Shown: positions 44,610-59,449 of the stretch, piece by piece
Layout: every line of letters begins with the position of its first letter
How positions within the stretch are numbered: position 1 is the stretch's first letter
Origin: the human T2T-CHM13v2.0 reference genome, Homo sapiens
Direction: 5' to 3' (one strand)
DNA length: 64,000 nt
NCBI RefSeq assembly: GCF_009914755.1
Contig: NC_060934.1
Notes under the pieces: model-generated
Database searches by the model: none
What the model was told of the DNA's origin: nothing
What the model saw: only the letters and a program-made list of their open reading frames with translations
Made by a program: the position numbers and the translations under genes

Positions 44610-45617
44610 CATAGAAATAGTAAATATTGTCTTCATCATCTCAAAGAAATAAGGTTAAAGATGGCTGCTCTTTTCTCGGGCATAACTCTGTGTCATAATT
44701 TCATGTCTGGGGCATAACTCATATGTTTAGATTTAGGGTGGAAATAAGCATGCAGGATAAGAATCACATTAATGACAACCCAGTAACTATTTGATCTTAC
44801 CTATTCAGGCCCTCCATGCCCCCAATCAAATATAATTTACTTAGTCACTTTCTTCACTTCGGCTATGAAAACCATAGTTTGCTAATATGATTCTTATATA
44901 ATATTTCAGCATACTGTAGAATTGCATTTGGCAAACTTGAAACCTAGACTAATAATTTATTACCCTTTTTAGTTCACTTAAAAAAGTAGATGGGATATTG
45001 GAGGTGCTGAATACTCAGACTGATTTTTCTCTGGCTGGGAAAATGAGGAGGTCTCTAACTGACTTTTCCAAGAAAAATATGTTACCATTCTGGAGAATAA
45101 TGTTGGAAACAGAAACCATGCAGGGAGGATTATAGAGAAAAACAAAAATAAGACATAGCAGTGAAAGCCTTGCCATTCATCACAAAAGACCAGTCAGGTG
45201 GGCGAGGAAAACAAGCATGTCTGGGAAGTCCCAGTTAGGTGCTCTTCCTCCCCTCACCTACCTTTAAGTAGAAGAAAATAAATTAGGAAGGATTTAAAGC
45301 CAGGCAAGTTGAAGCAAACAATGCAGGGATATACAGACTAGACTTGTAGTTCCTCCAGATCCACACAAAGCCAGTCCAAAGAGCTGAAGGAAACCAGAGC
45401 TTTCAATCCAGTACGTCAACCAGAATGGAGTGGCAAGAGGAAGAGTTAAGGGAAAGATGTGGTTCAGGCTTATTACAGTTATTTATATTGAAGACAATGA
45501 CTTGGGTATGGGACATGGGTTTGGATTCCAGTTCTACCACACATTCACCATGTGATTTAATCTCCTTAAATTTGAGTTTCATCATCTGGTAAATGGGGAT
45601 AATAATTGTATTTAAGT

Positions 45618-45909
<292 letters not shown>

Positions 45910-47589
45910 AAGTAGTTAACTCTTAGAGTTATTCTCAGAGTAAAAATAACAATAGCTGATATTTACAGAACATTTATTGTGTGTCTGGCATTGTACTGAT
46001 CAGGTATTTGTTATCTGTCTTAATACTATTTTTAGTCTCATTGTACATATGAGGAAACCAAGGTTTGGACAGATTAAGTGTTTTGTCCCAAGTCACTCAT
46101 CTAAGAGGTGGCAAGGCCTTGACTAAGTGAAAGAAATCCATATTGTATACAATATGGTGCAAGCATCACTGAATACTGAAGAAATGGCAGCTGTTATGAT
46201 TTCCCATGTATCTGTCTAGACGTGTTGTGCCATCAGATAATATGGCAGAAGTAGAGAGAAGCACCAGCCTCCCATCAACTCTTGGAGTTGACCAGCTGGC
46301 AACTTTCAGTGGATAAGGTGACACTAGCATTTTGCATGGTGCCGTAGAAAATCAGCCCATTTGCCTTCTTAGCCTCTATCTCAGGTTTCCATCTTCTGTT
46401 CTAATAAATAAAGCATTCAACTGGGATTGAGGAAAATTGCGTTCTAGCCCCATAGTTGCATACACCTTGATTGTATCCCAGGCATACATTAGCCATGTGA
46501 CATCTTAGGAGATCAACAATCAAGAGCATGTTGCTACCTGATTAATTCTGTCTCTCAGGGGTTGGCATTGCAGGAAACTGGAGAACCTGCACTCTGGGGC
46601 ACCCAGGTGGGTGTAGGACAGGACAGATGTCATCTGGCTGTTCCCTCAGCTAAGACATTATTGAAACTGCTACTGACACAAAGGGCAAAACCAAGGATAT
46701 CGGTCTTACTTTGAAGTTATCTTCATTTCTTAATTAGATTGAGATTTGACAGAAACACCTGGTAAAACAAAGAGAGTTTTTATAAATTAAACATTTTTTA
46801 ATTTCTATTTTTTTTCTCACTCTGTCTCATGGTGCTGATAAACTTGCTTTAAACCAATAAATTATAGAATGCTACATTTCCCAGTATTATTTTTGCCATG
46901 ATTTTTGCTTCAGTGGCTGACCCCAGAAATTAGCAAGGGAAAAGTATTCCCATGAAGCTGGCTCATCTCAGATGTTAAACAAAATTACTGTAACCATTCT
47001 TTAGTTCATAGGTAAGTCTTCCATCGATGTCAAAGGAAATTCAGGATACCGAGAAGGTGATATTTTCTTACAGAATCCAGCAAGACGATGTGTAAAGGTT
47101 TTAGACGTGTAGCTCCTATCAGAGTTAACACGAGCTGTGCTGTTAAAATCCCCTCCTGACACTTTGCATTCTATCCTGGGAAATCTGAAGAAGTTGCAGA
47201 AGGGTCATCAAAACATCAGCATCACTTTGATAAACTTGTCAACAGATAAAATAAATTACATATATGTTTGCTTCTTTTCCTCTGAAATCTAAAGTAATCA
47301 TGACTATATAAAAACCTTTTACCATAACTAATTAACTAGAAGCTCCTCATAAACTATGTGTCGACAGCACCGAATGTCTAATTATCCTTTTTCACTTTGG
47401 AATTGTGATGTTGAATAATGAAGAAAACATTACCTGATGAAGTCTTTTATTTTATGATGATACCTCAGGAGACAAAGGAGACACAAAGGCTCAAATGCCA
47501 TCTTCAGTTACATCTTGGCCTTGGCAATCTTTTAGCTGGTTTTGATTTGCATGGAAACCAGTTATATTTTTTAAAGCGTATAGAAAGAT

Positions 47590-47668
47590 GGAAGGAAGGA
47601 AGGAGGGAAGGAAGGAAGAAAGGAAGGAAGGAAGGAAAGAAGGAAGGCAGGCAGGCAGGCAGGAAGGA
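47590..47668. repeat. Interrupted (GGAA)n/(GGCA)n microsatellite
   Basis: Runs of 3, 3 and 4 GGAA units, then 4 GGCA. Confidence 0.9.
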
Positions 47669-48384
47669 GTTGTAAGATATTCTGTATAGCTGTTTAATTG
47701 CACTGTTGATTCTAGGCATGAGGAACCCTTTTCACATGAAGAAAGCCATGGCATAGCTGTTAACTGCTATGCTAACTGCTAGCCTATTCTGCTGGACATT
47801 GTGGCTTGGGTTTTGCCAATTCCATTAAAATGTCTATTCTCTCCCTGCCACATAATGATCTACTTTAATTCAAACCAGGCAAGCATGAACTCATGTGACA
47901 GATATGACAGAAACAGGGAGGTGAGTGGCTTTTTTTTTTTTTTTTACTTTTGAAAGCAATGGATCAAATCCATACCTGCAGGCACTTATGTGTAGACCCA
48001 GACCTGCTAGAGAGGGCATTTTCAATCCTTGCCTACTCCCAAACATGTGCCCACCTTCTAAATATTTCTACATTTCTGTCAAAACTCGAGAATATATTTC
48101 AACATAGTTGGCCATTAAGTGGCACTTTCCTTGCTTTCACAGCCACCCCTGTCCTTGGATGCTCTATGCAAGGTCCATTAAAGTACAGGAGATCTGGCAG
48201 AGGGAGAGACTTGGGGAGTACACAGCTACGACTGGGGCACCCCAAGGGCCTGAGTTTCTTTTCCTCAGGGTTTCTGTTTGATGCTTTCTATCTTGCACAG
48301 ATGGGCTGGGGTCTTCTGACATAGTGCTTCCTACACTGACATGCACATGAGCCACTTACGAGTCTTGTTAAAATGCAGACTGTT

Positions 48385-48808
<424 letters not shown>

Positions 48809-48957
48809 TAATTTAGTCGGTCTGAGATGGGGCCTGGGGGTCTGCATTTTTTATAAATTTCCAAGGGATGCTGGCATTGCTGGCCCAAGGACCACACTTT
48901 GAGTGTTGACACTCCCACTCCACTGAGCCAATTCAGGACTTTCTCTCCCCAAATCAG

Positions 48958-49259
48958 TTTTTTGGGTTTTTGTTTTGTTTTGTTTTGTTTTCCGATACTC
49001 TGTCACGTGCAGGCTGGAGTGCAATGGCGTGATCTTGGCTCACTGCAACCTCTGCCTCCCGGTTCAAGGGATTCTTCTGCCTCAGCCTCCTGAGTAGCTG
49101 GGACTACAGGTGCATGCCATCACACCCGTCTAATTTTTGTATTTTTCGTAGAGATGGGGTTTCACCATATTGGCCAGGCTGGTCTCCAACTCCTGATCTC
49201 ATGATCCACCTCAGCCTCCCAAGTGCTGGGATTACAGGAGTGAGCCACCACACCCAGCC
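48958..49259 (-). mobile_element. AluS with (TTTTG)n tail
   Basis: Antisense Alu body. Confidence 0.9.
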
Positions 49260-52200
49260 CCCAAATCCTTTCTTTTCCTCCTCAGTCCTTGCTCTGAATT
49301 TTGGGAGCGCCAATGGACAATACTTAGTACTAATCTTGGTACTTCTCAGCCTCTGTCTCCTGGGTATGAAGCTTAATGTTAAGCTGCATAAGTAAATGTT
49401 TCCTGGGTGTGAGGTTTATCTTTGTAAGTAGATTCTAAGCTCTGCCACCTCCCTTTACCTCCAGACAGCAGCAACAATGATGACACAGCACAGAAGGCCA
49501 TGGTAATTATCATTGAATTGAATTGAGTTGGATTGGATTGAACTGACCAGGCTTTCTTACACTACGTTGAGAATACGTTTCTTCCCAAACTGGATTCAAT
49601 GGCTGATATGGGAGACCTTTAAGGCAGGTTTGATGTGTTTAGATGTTTGCAGCAGTGATGCTCAAATAAGCAATTGAATTCCAGCATTGGATCTCATGCC
49701 TTGTCTCCCTGGTCCCACCAACCTTTCCTCAAACACACAAGCCAAAACAAAAAAGTAAACACAACCAGCAACTGAGTCTATTTCTACTTCCCCAAAGAAA
49801 TTTCCTCAGGTCCCCATCCTTCCTACCCCATCTCTCTGACCCCAACCAAGTGTCTTGCAACTTTCAGAAAAATGAAAGAAGTATCTCCTCCTCATAAAAA
49901 GAAGAGAGAGAGAAACGTATTAATTTGGTAACTTAAATGTATAACAAAGCCCTACTTACTATCTTTTTCTCTGAATCAACTTCCAGCCAAGTGGGTTTAA
50001 TGTATATGCCCCTCCTCCAAGTTAAATAAAACCATGGTGATTTGTTGTTTCCTGCCATTATTTCGTCGGCTTGTAATACCCCACCTCTTTGTTGCCTATC
50101 CCCTTGCTACACGTCCCTGTGGCTCCAACGCAAATCCAGCCTGTCACCAGTTTTTCCCCCATGCTTCCCCAGCCTGAGGGAACTCCACTCTTCTTGGAAA
50201 TTGCAGAGCTGTAGTTTAGAGTATATTCAGCCATTAATTGTGCAGTATCCAGTGCCATATTTTTCTATGTTGTCTCAGCCTGCTTTTTAAAGATTTTATT
50301 GTTAGCTAACTTTACACATATTTATGCCTTATTAAAAGAGGGTAGATTAAAATTTGCTCAAGAAATCCATGACCTATACCTGTGTTCCCTTTGGGTCTGG
50401 CGTTCATTCACCATTCAACAATTAATATCTGAGCACCCTAACAGTGGAGTGATTGATGAATAACCAAAATAAAGTGAATATATGTACATAATTGAACTTA
50501 AAACCTGATATTTCACAATCCAAGTACTTTCACATATAACATCTCGTTGTCCTTGTGACATCCTTCTGAAGCAAATGGGAAAAGGTAATATGTCATGCAA
50601 AGCATTTAATTAGTAAATTCACTTTGACAGTGTTTCAAGCCAGCATGTGGGGGAAAAAAAGTTATTAAGTGAAATAATATAAAAGTTAATTGTGACATGT
50701 CAAACAAACTCTTAGAGAAGATTCACAAAAATACCAAAGAAGAACAGTGCTCCAAAACCTAAACAACGGTGGATCGATTTATGGCTTATTTAACCAAATC
50801 AACAATCTGGAAAAGGTACCTCTTAAATTTGAACTGAAAGCTTGACAGAGAGTAAGACAGCCTGACCTCCATGGTTAATAAATTCCATAAGTAGAGAGCA
50901 AACATTAAAAATGCCCTGTAGCTCAATGTCTTCAGCCAAAAAGAACTAATCCAATTGAGTGAGACCAAAGAAAACGACTGGGGATGTATGGTTCCAGAAT
51001 GTCTCTGAGGTATTCAAACCCAAGTCAATTTAAGGACTTGTAAGTTAATAACTAGGACTTTACACATAATCCTGTACTTTACAGGTAGCCAGTGAAGGTT
51101 TTATACAACCAGGGTAATGTGATTTTCATGCTTGGTGTCAGTCAAAATGTCAGTAACTGAGTTCCAGACCAAGAGAAGTTCCTCAATCAGTCCATTGTAG
51201 AGTCCCCCGGAACAGCGACAGGCGGAGGCAGCAGGGGTCCCAGGAAGACAGGAGACACAAACACATATAAAGAGGAGAGAGCAGTGGACAGCAGCCATGG
51301 AGAGGGCTGGTTCACCGGGGCTTTTAATGGTGGATCTGGTAAAGAATTAAATAGGAAGCCTTAAAGATACGTCAGGATCAAAGATTAAGTACAAATTCAT
51401 AATAGAAATCTTAACGAGCGAACAGCCTTCAAAGCTGTAGTTCTGGGCAATTTACGGATTTGCAGTAATGGTGAGAACCCAGAAGCAATGAGAGTTTCTT
51501 CTTAGCGTGATTCATCATCAGCTTTTAACAGTCAGGCTGAGAACATCTGGAGTTTAGGTGGTCAGAGAGTGAATTTAAGTTTCAAAGGGGTGAGATGACT
51601 ACTTATTAACATAATACGTAATATTAAATGGATATTTTAAATGCATTGATTGGATTCCTTTTTTACAAACATCATTTAAGAGCTCTCTGTGTGTATGCAT
51701 GTGTTTTAATTTCCCAGTGGAAATATTATAATGTCAGATGATAAAATCTTTCCAGATTGGATATTGACTTATGTTTAAAAAAATAAAATGGGAAAAGCAA
51801 CCAGACGATTAACTGAGCACCTAATCTGTTCCAATTACAAGACCAGGTACTTTATACACATTCTTTTATTCTTATTTTAATATTGCAAGGTAGATGGGAT
51901 TAGCTCCAAATATAAACTAGGAAATGAAAGCTCAGAGGAATATGTCGCTCTGGCTCCTGACCACTCAAAATTTGCAGACCTGCACCATTAGCATCACTTG
52001 GGATGGGGTTAAAACGCAGAATTTCAGGCCCTACCCTAGACTGACTGACCAGAATCTACCTTACTCAGTAGCTGTAGCATTCTGAAAGGTCCCTTCTATA
52101 TATCACTTGAGTAAGTTCTCACAGAAAACCTGGGGCAGGAGGCAGACCAGTGACCAATGACCAGCTACCAGTAACCAAGCTCAGGGCTTGCCAGCCACCT

Positions 52201-53904
52201 CTGCCATGCAAATGAGCTTCAGCCCCTGGGGCTCCTCACCGAGGAAATGCATGTATAGAAGATCCCTGGGGAAGTACCTGTGGTGCAAAAGGAAGAAATG
52301 AGGCATCTTTGGGCTGGCTTTGGCAGAGAGTGCAGGAGCCCATGGACTCTCAGGAAGAGTCATTCCACACAAATTTACTGAGCAGCAACCATGTATTACC
52401 AAAATAGAGGTTAAGGCAGTAGGTTCTGGAGCCAGACTGTATTTCAGATCTGCTGAGTGCTGGCTTTGGGCCTTGCGCAACTTGTTTAATCTCTTTATCC
52501 CTCCGTTTCCTTATTTGAAAAATGGGGATACTGATGGAGTCATGGTAAGGCATACAGAAAGAGCTCATTGGACATTTGCTTTCATTATTTTCCATGTTGT
52601 GCTATGGGGACTATGTCCGGTGTGAAATAAGACTGCTGTGGCCCCTGCCTTAGGTTTTAGAGGAGGAGGCAGACATTACTAGGTACAGTTGTGACAGGTG
52701 CTATGCCAGAAGAGCTGGGAACTATGGAAACAGGTAAGAGAGAAGCTAGACTTAGAAAGCAATTAAGGAATACTTCTTATGTAATTGACCTTTGCTTGTG
52801 ATCTGAAGCTTGAGTAGGGAGAAAGACCAGCATTAAACAATCAAATGAGGAACTGAACCTTGGAGGAGATGCAAGAGGGCCTGTAGGATGAGGACAGAGA
52901 GCGAGGGGGTTCTGGAGAGGCAGAGGAGTAGGCAGCCAGCAAACAGCCCTGCCCAAACTCCTGGAAATGACAAATATCCTCTTTGCTACATAGTAGAATC
53001 CTAAAAAATGGGAAACCCTTAGTTGCTAGAATTGATGAAAGAACTGAGTAAAGCAGTGAGCTACACCCTGGCTGCCTTGAAGGAGTTATTGATCTCAGTA
53101 ACCTCAAGGCTTAGCTAGGAGATGATGAGGCTCTGGGCTGTAGGTAAGAAGTTGTAGCTGAATCCCCTTCCCGAAGCTGAGACATTTAAAGGGTGGATCA
53201 GAAAAACTCATTGAACAGCACAGGGACAGAATGAGGAAATAGTCTGCCTTCTTGGGTGGAGAGAAAGACAGAGGTCATTAGATTCATATTTCAAAAATAC
53301 CATGCCAGCTGCAGGTTGGAGGAGGGCAAAAGTGGTATGGGCATGTGAAGCAGGAAGTTCAACATTCATGGGAGTCTTTCTCATGGCTCTGACTAGGACA
53401 GGGGCAGTGCAACCAGTTCACACAACTGGTAGCATGATTGATTCCAGGTCCAAAATTGTCACCACAAGTGAACGATGGAGCTTAACAGGGAGCTTATGAA
53501 ATGATGCAGAAACATGAAATGGATCAATATCAAGGGTCAAGCTTCCAGAGACTGGAAACATACAGGTCCATAGGATCCGAGTTGTGGGAGATTTTGGCAT
53601 AGTCAGTGCAAGACAGTCCAGGACAGGGGAACAATTGCTAATTCACTAGGGTTAGACAGGAGGGAAACTTCACATCCCGGAGGGTAATGGAAGATAACCA
53701 CCTGCCACAGAGCTGCAGAGTAGCCCCGAGCAAGGTGGGGGATGGTCTTTGGGCTCACAGCTGGAGCTGATACTTGGAAGAAAATTCTGGAGGTGGGGAA
53801 GGAGTAGTGTCATTGACTCAAAATTGTTTCAGTCTAGGAGATTGAGTATTATAGCATTTCATACACCTTGTGCAGCTGAAAGAAATGAGATGTGTAAAAC
53901 CTAG

Positions 53905-54050
53905 TCTGCTACTCAATGTTTGTGGCCTGTAGACCAGCAATACCAGCCTCACCACGGGGCAGGTTAGGAATGCAGAATTTTGGCCCCACCCTGGGGCCTC
54001 CTGAGCAAGAATCTGTATTTTAACCTAGGGATTCCTACATGCATGACCAT
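53905..54050. mobile_element. MER5A-like hAT element (another at ~51950-52065)
   Basis: ctactcaatgt...ttaggaatgcagaatttt...gaatctgtattttaac. Confidence 0.65.
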
Positions 54051-56400
54051 TTACCATGTGTGGCCGTAAAAGATCATGTCACTTGCGCCATCTGTGACTG
54101 AGGGCATGGGAGGTGTGACCCAGGATAAAAGACACTCCTTAATGGAGTATGTGAAGATAGTTTTGAAATATTTCTGACTCATGTCAGGCAAACCAAAAAT
54201 TGGAGAGATTTGGCCACATCTAGGCAAAGAAAACCAGAAATATTGGAACCCTCCTACAAGTCAGTCTGGGTAAGCACAATGACAGGACAAAACCAATCTA
54301 AAAAAAAGTGAGGTGGAATGAGATGGAAAGAAAGATGCAACCTTGAGAAGTAGTTAAGATTGTAATTTCTAATTTCTTTCCACTCCCTTCAAATTACATG
54401 AGTAGCCAGTTCACATCAGCCTCAAACTTACCATGCAACTTTAAAATGCTTACAGGTGTAATTATTTTGGATTCAAATTCACAGCCATAGCAACTTTGCA
54501 CTGAAGCTACATTTTTTTCAATAATACATTAAAATCCTCCTATATTACTCCGATGTGAAATCTTTTGCCCTAATGCAGTTAGAATGATTCTATAACATCG
54601 CTAAAGTCAACTTGAGTTGTATTACTATTCATTCATTCAGCAAATTCAATTGAGCACCTACCACGCACCTGTGCTAGACACTGGAGATGCAACAGTGAAC
54701 ATGATGTTCACTTAATGTAGTCACTGCTTTGAGTCTGTGAGATTAAATATAATCATTACAGTTCTAGCGACTTTCCTAAGTGTTATTAACATTTGAACTG
54801 ATTTCATTATTCTAATGCTTTGTGGTAGCCCAAGAAACCTTTATATTTGCATGTCTGTTGTTTTACTATATACCTACATGACGTTTGCATCAGAAACCTC
54901 TTCTGTGCTCTATTTTCAGCAATATCTTCTTTCAGCTTCAATATACTCCTTTCCTGTAGTGAAAAAGTCCTGAGCTTCCTAAGGAATGGCAATTAAACAC
55001 ATAAGGATGTAATATTCTCATTGAATTAATAGACCTGCTTTGGGTTTTTTTTTTTTTTTTTGCTCGTTAGAATATATAAATCTGGCAACTTCTCTAAAAC
55101 TCTATTGTTTCAGTCTCTTGGGGGAAAATGTGAGAATCGAGGAGTATAGCGTAAGCGTCAGAGTCTTTGTGTCTCTAGATAGCTCTGCCGATTCTCCATG
55201 GGCTCTGGAAGATAATTTGTCAGCTTAACTTCAGCGGCAGCCATTATGGAAGAAGACTATGATTTCTCTTCCAGCAATAGATGTGCAGAAGTAGCATCTG
55301 AAACCAGAGAATGTAGGCAGGTGGGAATTTAATCCTCCCCCCTGTATCCCTACCCTATCCTGGCCTTACATTTCTTCCTTCTCTATTAGTAATCACATGT
55401 CCTGATAGGTGCCTGTGTCTTTAGATATATTTAGGTTATAGTCTATATGTAAAGAGACCAACAAAACCTGGGTTCCTTGGCAAAAGGCAGGTAGCATTTT
55501 ACACTTTGTGCTTGGAGAGATAAGACAATAAAATTAGGTAAGAATATCCGTTGTCATTGATTTAATTTTGATAAAATATAGAAAAATATATCCTTTGTAT
55601 CTTACCTTTGTCTTTTCCCCTTCCTCTGTCCCCATTGATTATGCGTTAACTTAATCATTGTCTCCATAGAAGGGAGACAGTCTGTAGAGGGGTTTGTATT
55701 CTCAGACATCTAGTACCCAAGAGCCAATTATAATAAGCTCAGTTTTGTTGGTGACACTCATATTCATCTGGTTGGGAGATGAGAACACATTCTTGGGTAT
55801 GTTATGATAATGAGAAGTCTTCTTCAAATACCTCGTTACTGCCAGCAGCAGCACAGCGCTCTTGTCTTCCCAGGGTAGACTTTTTCTGTCCTTCACTGTC
55901 TTTTTCCAGCTATCACTTTGCACTGTCATTACTTCCTTTATACTGTATTTGTATTCACCCCATTCCTCTCCATGCACATAACTACATCCCCAGTCTAGAC
56001 TCTAGTTTTCTCTTCCTTGCATTATTGTATTAGCTGATCTTTGGGGTCCACTCTGTCTCCACACCTATCCATCCCACCAGGATGATCTTAGGTAAAGGTC
56101 ACTTTTGTTCTATTACTTCTTGGCTTCAACATTCTAGATGAAAGATAGTTCTGTACCGTTCAACTTAGGTCTTATGTGTCTAAGAAATATAGACCATAGA
56201 ATCAGAAGGACCTGGGTTTGAATCCCATTTCCACCAGTTACTTATTTGCAAGTTCTCTCATCTCCCTAATCTGTACGTTTTTTATTTCTCTGTTTTGTTG
56301 CTGCAAAATATAGATAACATAAAAAATTTGCTGTTTTAATTATTTAAAGCATATAATTCAGGGACTTTATTTACATTCACAATGTTGTGCAACCATCACA

Positions 56401-56434
<34 letters not shown>

Positions 56435-56438
56435 TGTG
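56401..56438. repeat. (TG)n microsatellite
   Basis: About 19 units with one interruption. Confidence 0.93.
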
Positions 56439-57079
56439 AAAGAGAGAGAGAATATGATCTATCATTCAATTTAGCAATGGGTTGGTCCCAAATTTAGCTG
56501 AATAAAAATTTATAATGGATAATTTACTATTTTTCCCTCTCTTTAGGCAATTCTTACATACAAACTTTTTACAATTTTTTTATTTTGGTAAAATATATAT
56601 AACATAAAATTTGCCATTTGAACAATTTTTAAGTGTATATTCAGTAGTATTAATTACATACACAGTGTTGTGCAACCATCACCGTTATCTTTTTCCAGAA
56701 CTTTTTATAACCCCAAACAGAAATTCTGTATCCATTAAGCAATAACTCCCCATTTCCCGTCCTCACCGTCCGCCCCTAGTAACCTCTAATCCACATTCTT
56801 TCTCGATGAATTTACCTAATTCTAGATATTTCATTTGAGTAGAATCATACATTTGTCCTTTTGTGTCTAGCTTATTTCACTTGGCACAATGGTTTCAAGA
56901 TTCATCCACGTTGAACGTTGTGTCAGAACTTTATTCATTTTGATGGCTGAATAATATTCTGTTGTATGTATATACCACCTTTTGCTTATTCATTTCTTGA
57001 TGGACACTTGAGTTGTTTCCATCTTTTGACTATTGTGAATAATGCTGCAATGAATACTGGTATACAAGCATCTACTGAA

Positions 57080-57357
57080 TCTTTTTTCTTTTTTTTTTTT
57101 TTTTTGGCAGAGTCTCACTCTGTCACCCAGGCTGGAGTGCAGTGGCATGATCTCCACTCAGCTGTGACCTCCCGGGCTCAAGGAATCCTCTCACCTCAGC
57201 CTCCCGAGTAGCTGGGACTATAGGTGTGTTCCACTATGCCCAGCTAATTTTTAAATTTTTTTTTTAGAGACTGGGTTTCACTCCTGAACTCAAGTGATAT
57301 GTCTGCTTCAGCCTCCTAAAATGCTGGGATTACAGGCATGAGCCACTGGGCCCACCC
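57080..57357 (-). mobile_element. AluJ, partly deleted
   Basis: Poly(T) plus antisense Alu body. Confidence 0.85.
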
Positions 57358-57419
57358 AGAATCATTGTTTTCAATTCTCTCGTGTATATACCTACAAGTA
57401 GAACTATTGGGTCATATGG

Positions 57420-57788
57420 TGCTAGGGACCAAATTGTGCCACACCAAAATCCATATGTTGAAGCCCTAACACCCAATGTGATGGCATTTGGAGATGAGGC
57501 CTTTAGAAGGTAATTAGATTTAATAAGCTTGTGAGGGTGGGGCCCTAATAGTGGGATTAGTGCCCTTATAAGAAGAAGAAGACACACCAGAGCTCTCTCT
57601 CCACCTTGTGAGGACACAGGAGGAAGGTGGCCATCTGCAAGCCAGGCAGAGAGGTCTTACTGGGAATTGAATCAACTAGCACCTTGATCTTGGATTTCCC
57701 AGCCTCCAGAACTGTGAGAAATAAATTTATCTTGTTTAAGCTACCCAGTCTGTGGTATTTTGCATGGTAGCCCAAGAAGACGAATACA
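57420..57788 (+). mobile_element. MaLR solo LTR (MLT1A-like)
   Basis: TG...CA ends, 5-bp TSD tatgg/tatgg, ccagcctccagaactgtgagaaataaattt. Confidence 0.9.
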
Positions 57789-59449
57789 TATGGTAACTCT
57801 TTGTTTAGCTTCTGAGGAACCACCAAGTTATTTTCCACAGCAGCTACACTTCACCATTTTACATTTCCTCAAGCAATGCACAAGGAAGGGTTCCAATTTC
57901 TCTACATCCTGAACCTTTGTCATTTTCTGTTTTTGTTTTGTTTAGCAATTCTAGTTGAGGTGTATTGATATCTTGTGGGTTTGATTTGCATTTCCCTAAT
58001 GACTAATAATGTTGAACATCTTTTCATGTGCTTATTGGTCCTTTGTATATCCTTTTTGGGAAAATGCCCATTTTTTAAATTGTGTTGTTTGTGATGCTGC
58101 TGCATTTTAGCAGTTATTCCTATATTCCAGATATTAAATCTTTGTCACCTGCATGTTTGACAAATACTTCCCATTCCGTAGGTTGTTTCTCTTTCTTGAT
58201 GGTGTACTTTGATGAATAAAAGTTTTAAATTTAAGTACAACATGTTATTTTTCTTGTTTTGTTTGTGTTTTTAGGTCATATCTAAGAATACATTCTGAAA
58301 TTTAAGGTTAAGAAGATTTACCCCTATGTTTTCTTCTAAGACTTTTTTGGCTTTGGTTTTAATATTTAGGTCACTGATCCATTTTGAATTAACTTTTGTG
58401 TATGGTGTGAGGTAGGCATCCAACTTCATTCTTTTACATGTAGAAATCCAGCTGTCCCAAGACCATTTGTTGAAGAAACTGTTCTTTTCCCATTGAATGA
58501 AGTTGAAATCCTTATCAAGAGCCAGTGGGCCACAGATGTTTGTGTTTATTTCTGGACTCTTTATCCCATTAATTTATCCTATGACATTACCAAACTGTTT
58601 TGATTAATGTACCTTTGTAGTACATTTTGAAATTAGGAGGTGTGATTCCTCCAACTCTGTTCTTTTTCAAGATTGTTTTGGTTATTTGGTGCTCTTTGTA
58701 ACTCTATATGAATTTGAGAGTTTGCAAAAACAAAAAAGAGGCTCTAGGGAATTTGATAAAGATTACATTGAATCTGTAGATCACTTTAGAAAGCATTGCC
58801 ATCTTAATAGTATTGTCTTCAAACCCATGAACATTGGGTGTGCTTTCATTTATTTAGATCTTTTGACTTTCTTTCAGTCATGTTTCATAGTTTTTATTGT
58901 ACAAGTCATTCATCTCCTTGGTTAAATTTATTCCTAAGTATTTTAATCTTTTAGATGCTATCGTAAATGGAATTGCTTTCTTCATTTCCTTTTCAGATTG
59001 TTTATTGTTGGTGTATAGTAACATAGGTGAGTTTTGTGTGTTTATCCTGTGCTCTGCAACTTTGTTGAATCTGTTTGTTAGCTTTAGTTTTCATGTGAAT
59101 TCTTTGGGATTTTCCTTATATAGGATCATGTTCTCTGTGAATAGAGATAGTTTTACTTCTTCCTTTCCAATTTGGATGCTTTTTATTTCATTTTCCTCTC
59201 TAATTATTCTGTCTAGAAAGAATTTCCAGTACACCGTTGACTAGCCGTGGTAAAAGTAAACACCCTTGACTTGTTTCTGATGAACAATTTACTTTTAAAA
59301 TACACATTAAATAGAAAAATTGTTTAGAGCAGTTTTACTAAAGCTAATAGTCATTGAATTCAAAAGTATCTTTTAAATTAACTTCTCATCTATTTGAAGA
59401 TGAATTTGCCCATTTGGAAAGGACAACATTAAGATGAATTATCACTAAG

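Larger units (their letters stand above)
56570..59285 (-). mobile_element. L1MB-like 3' region with nested Alu and MaLR LTR
   Basis: aacataaaatttgccatt, ttgtgaataatgctgcaatgaa, ttgatttgcatttccctaatgact, tcctttccaatttggatg. Confidence 0.88.

Noticed and set aside
57920-59244. ORFs with L1 ORF2-like words (e.g. [17 protein letters not shown])
   Set aside because: Decayed L1M remnants with many stops; not functional genes.
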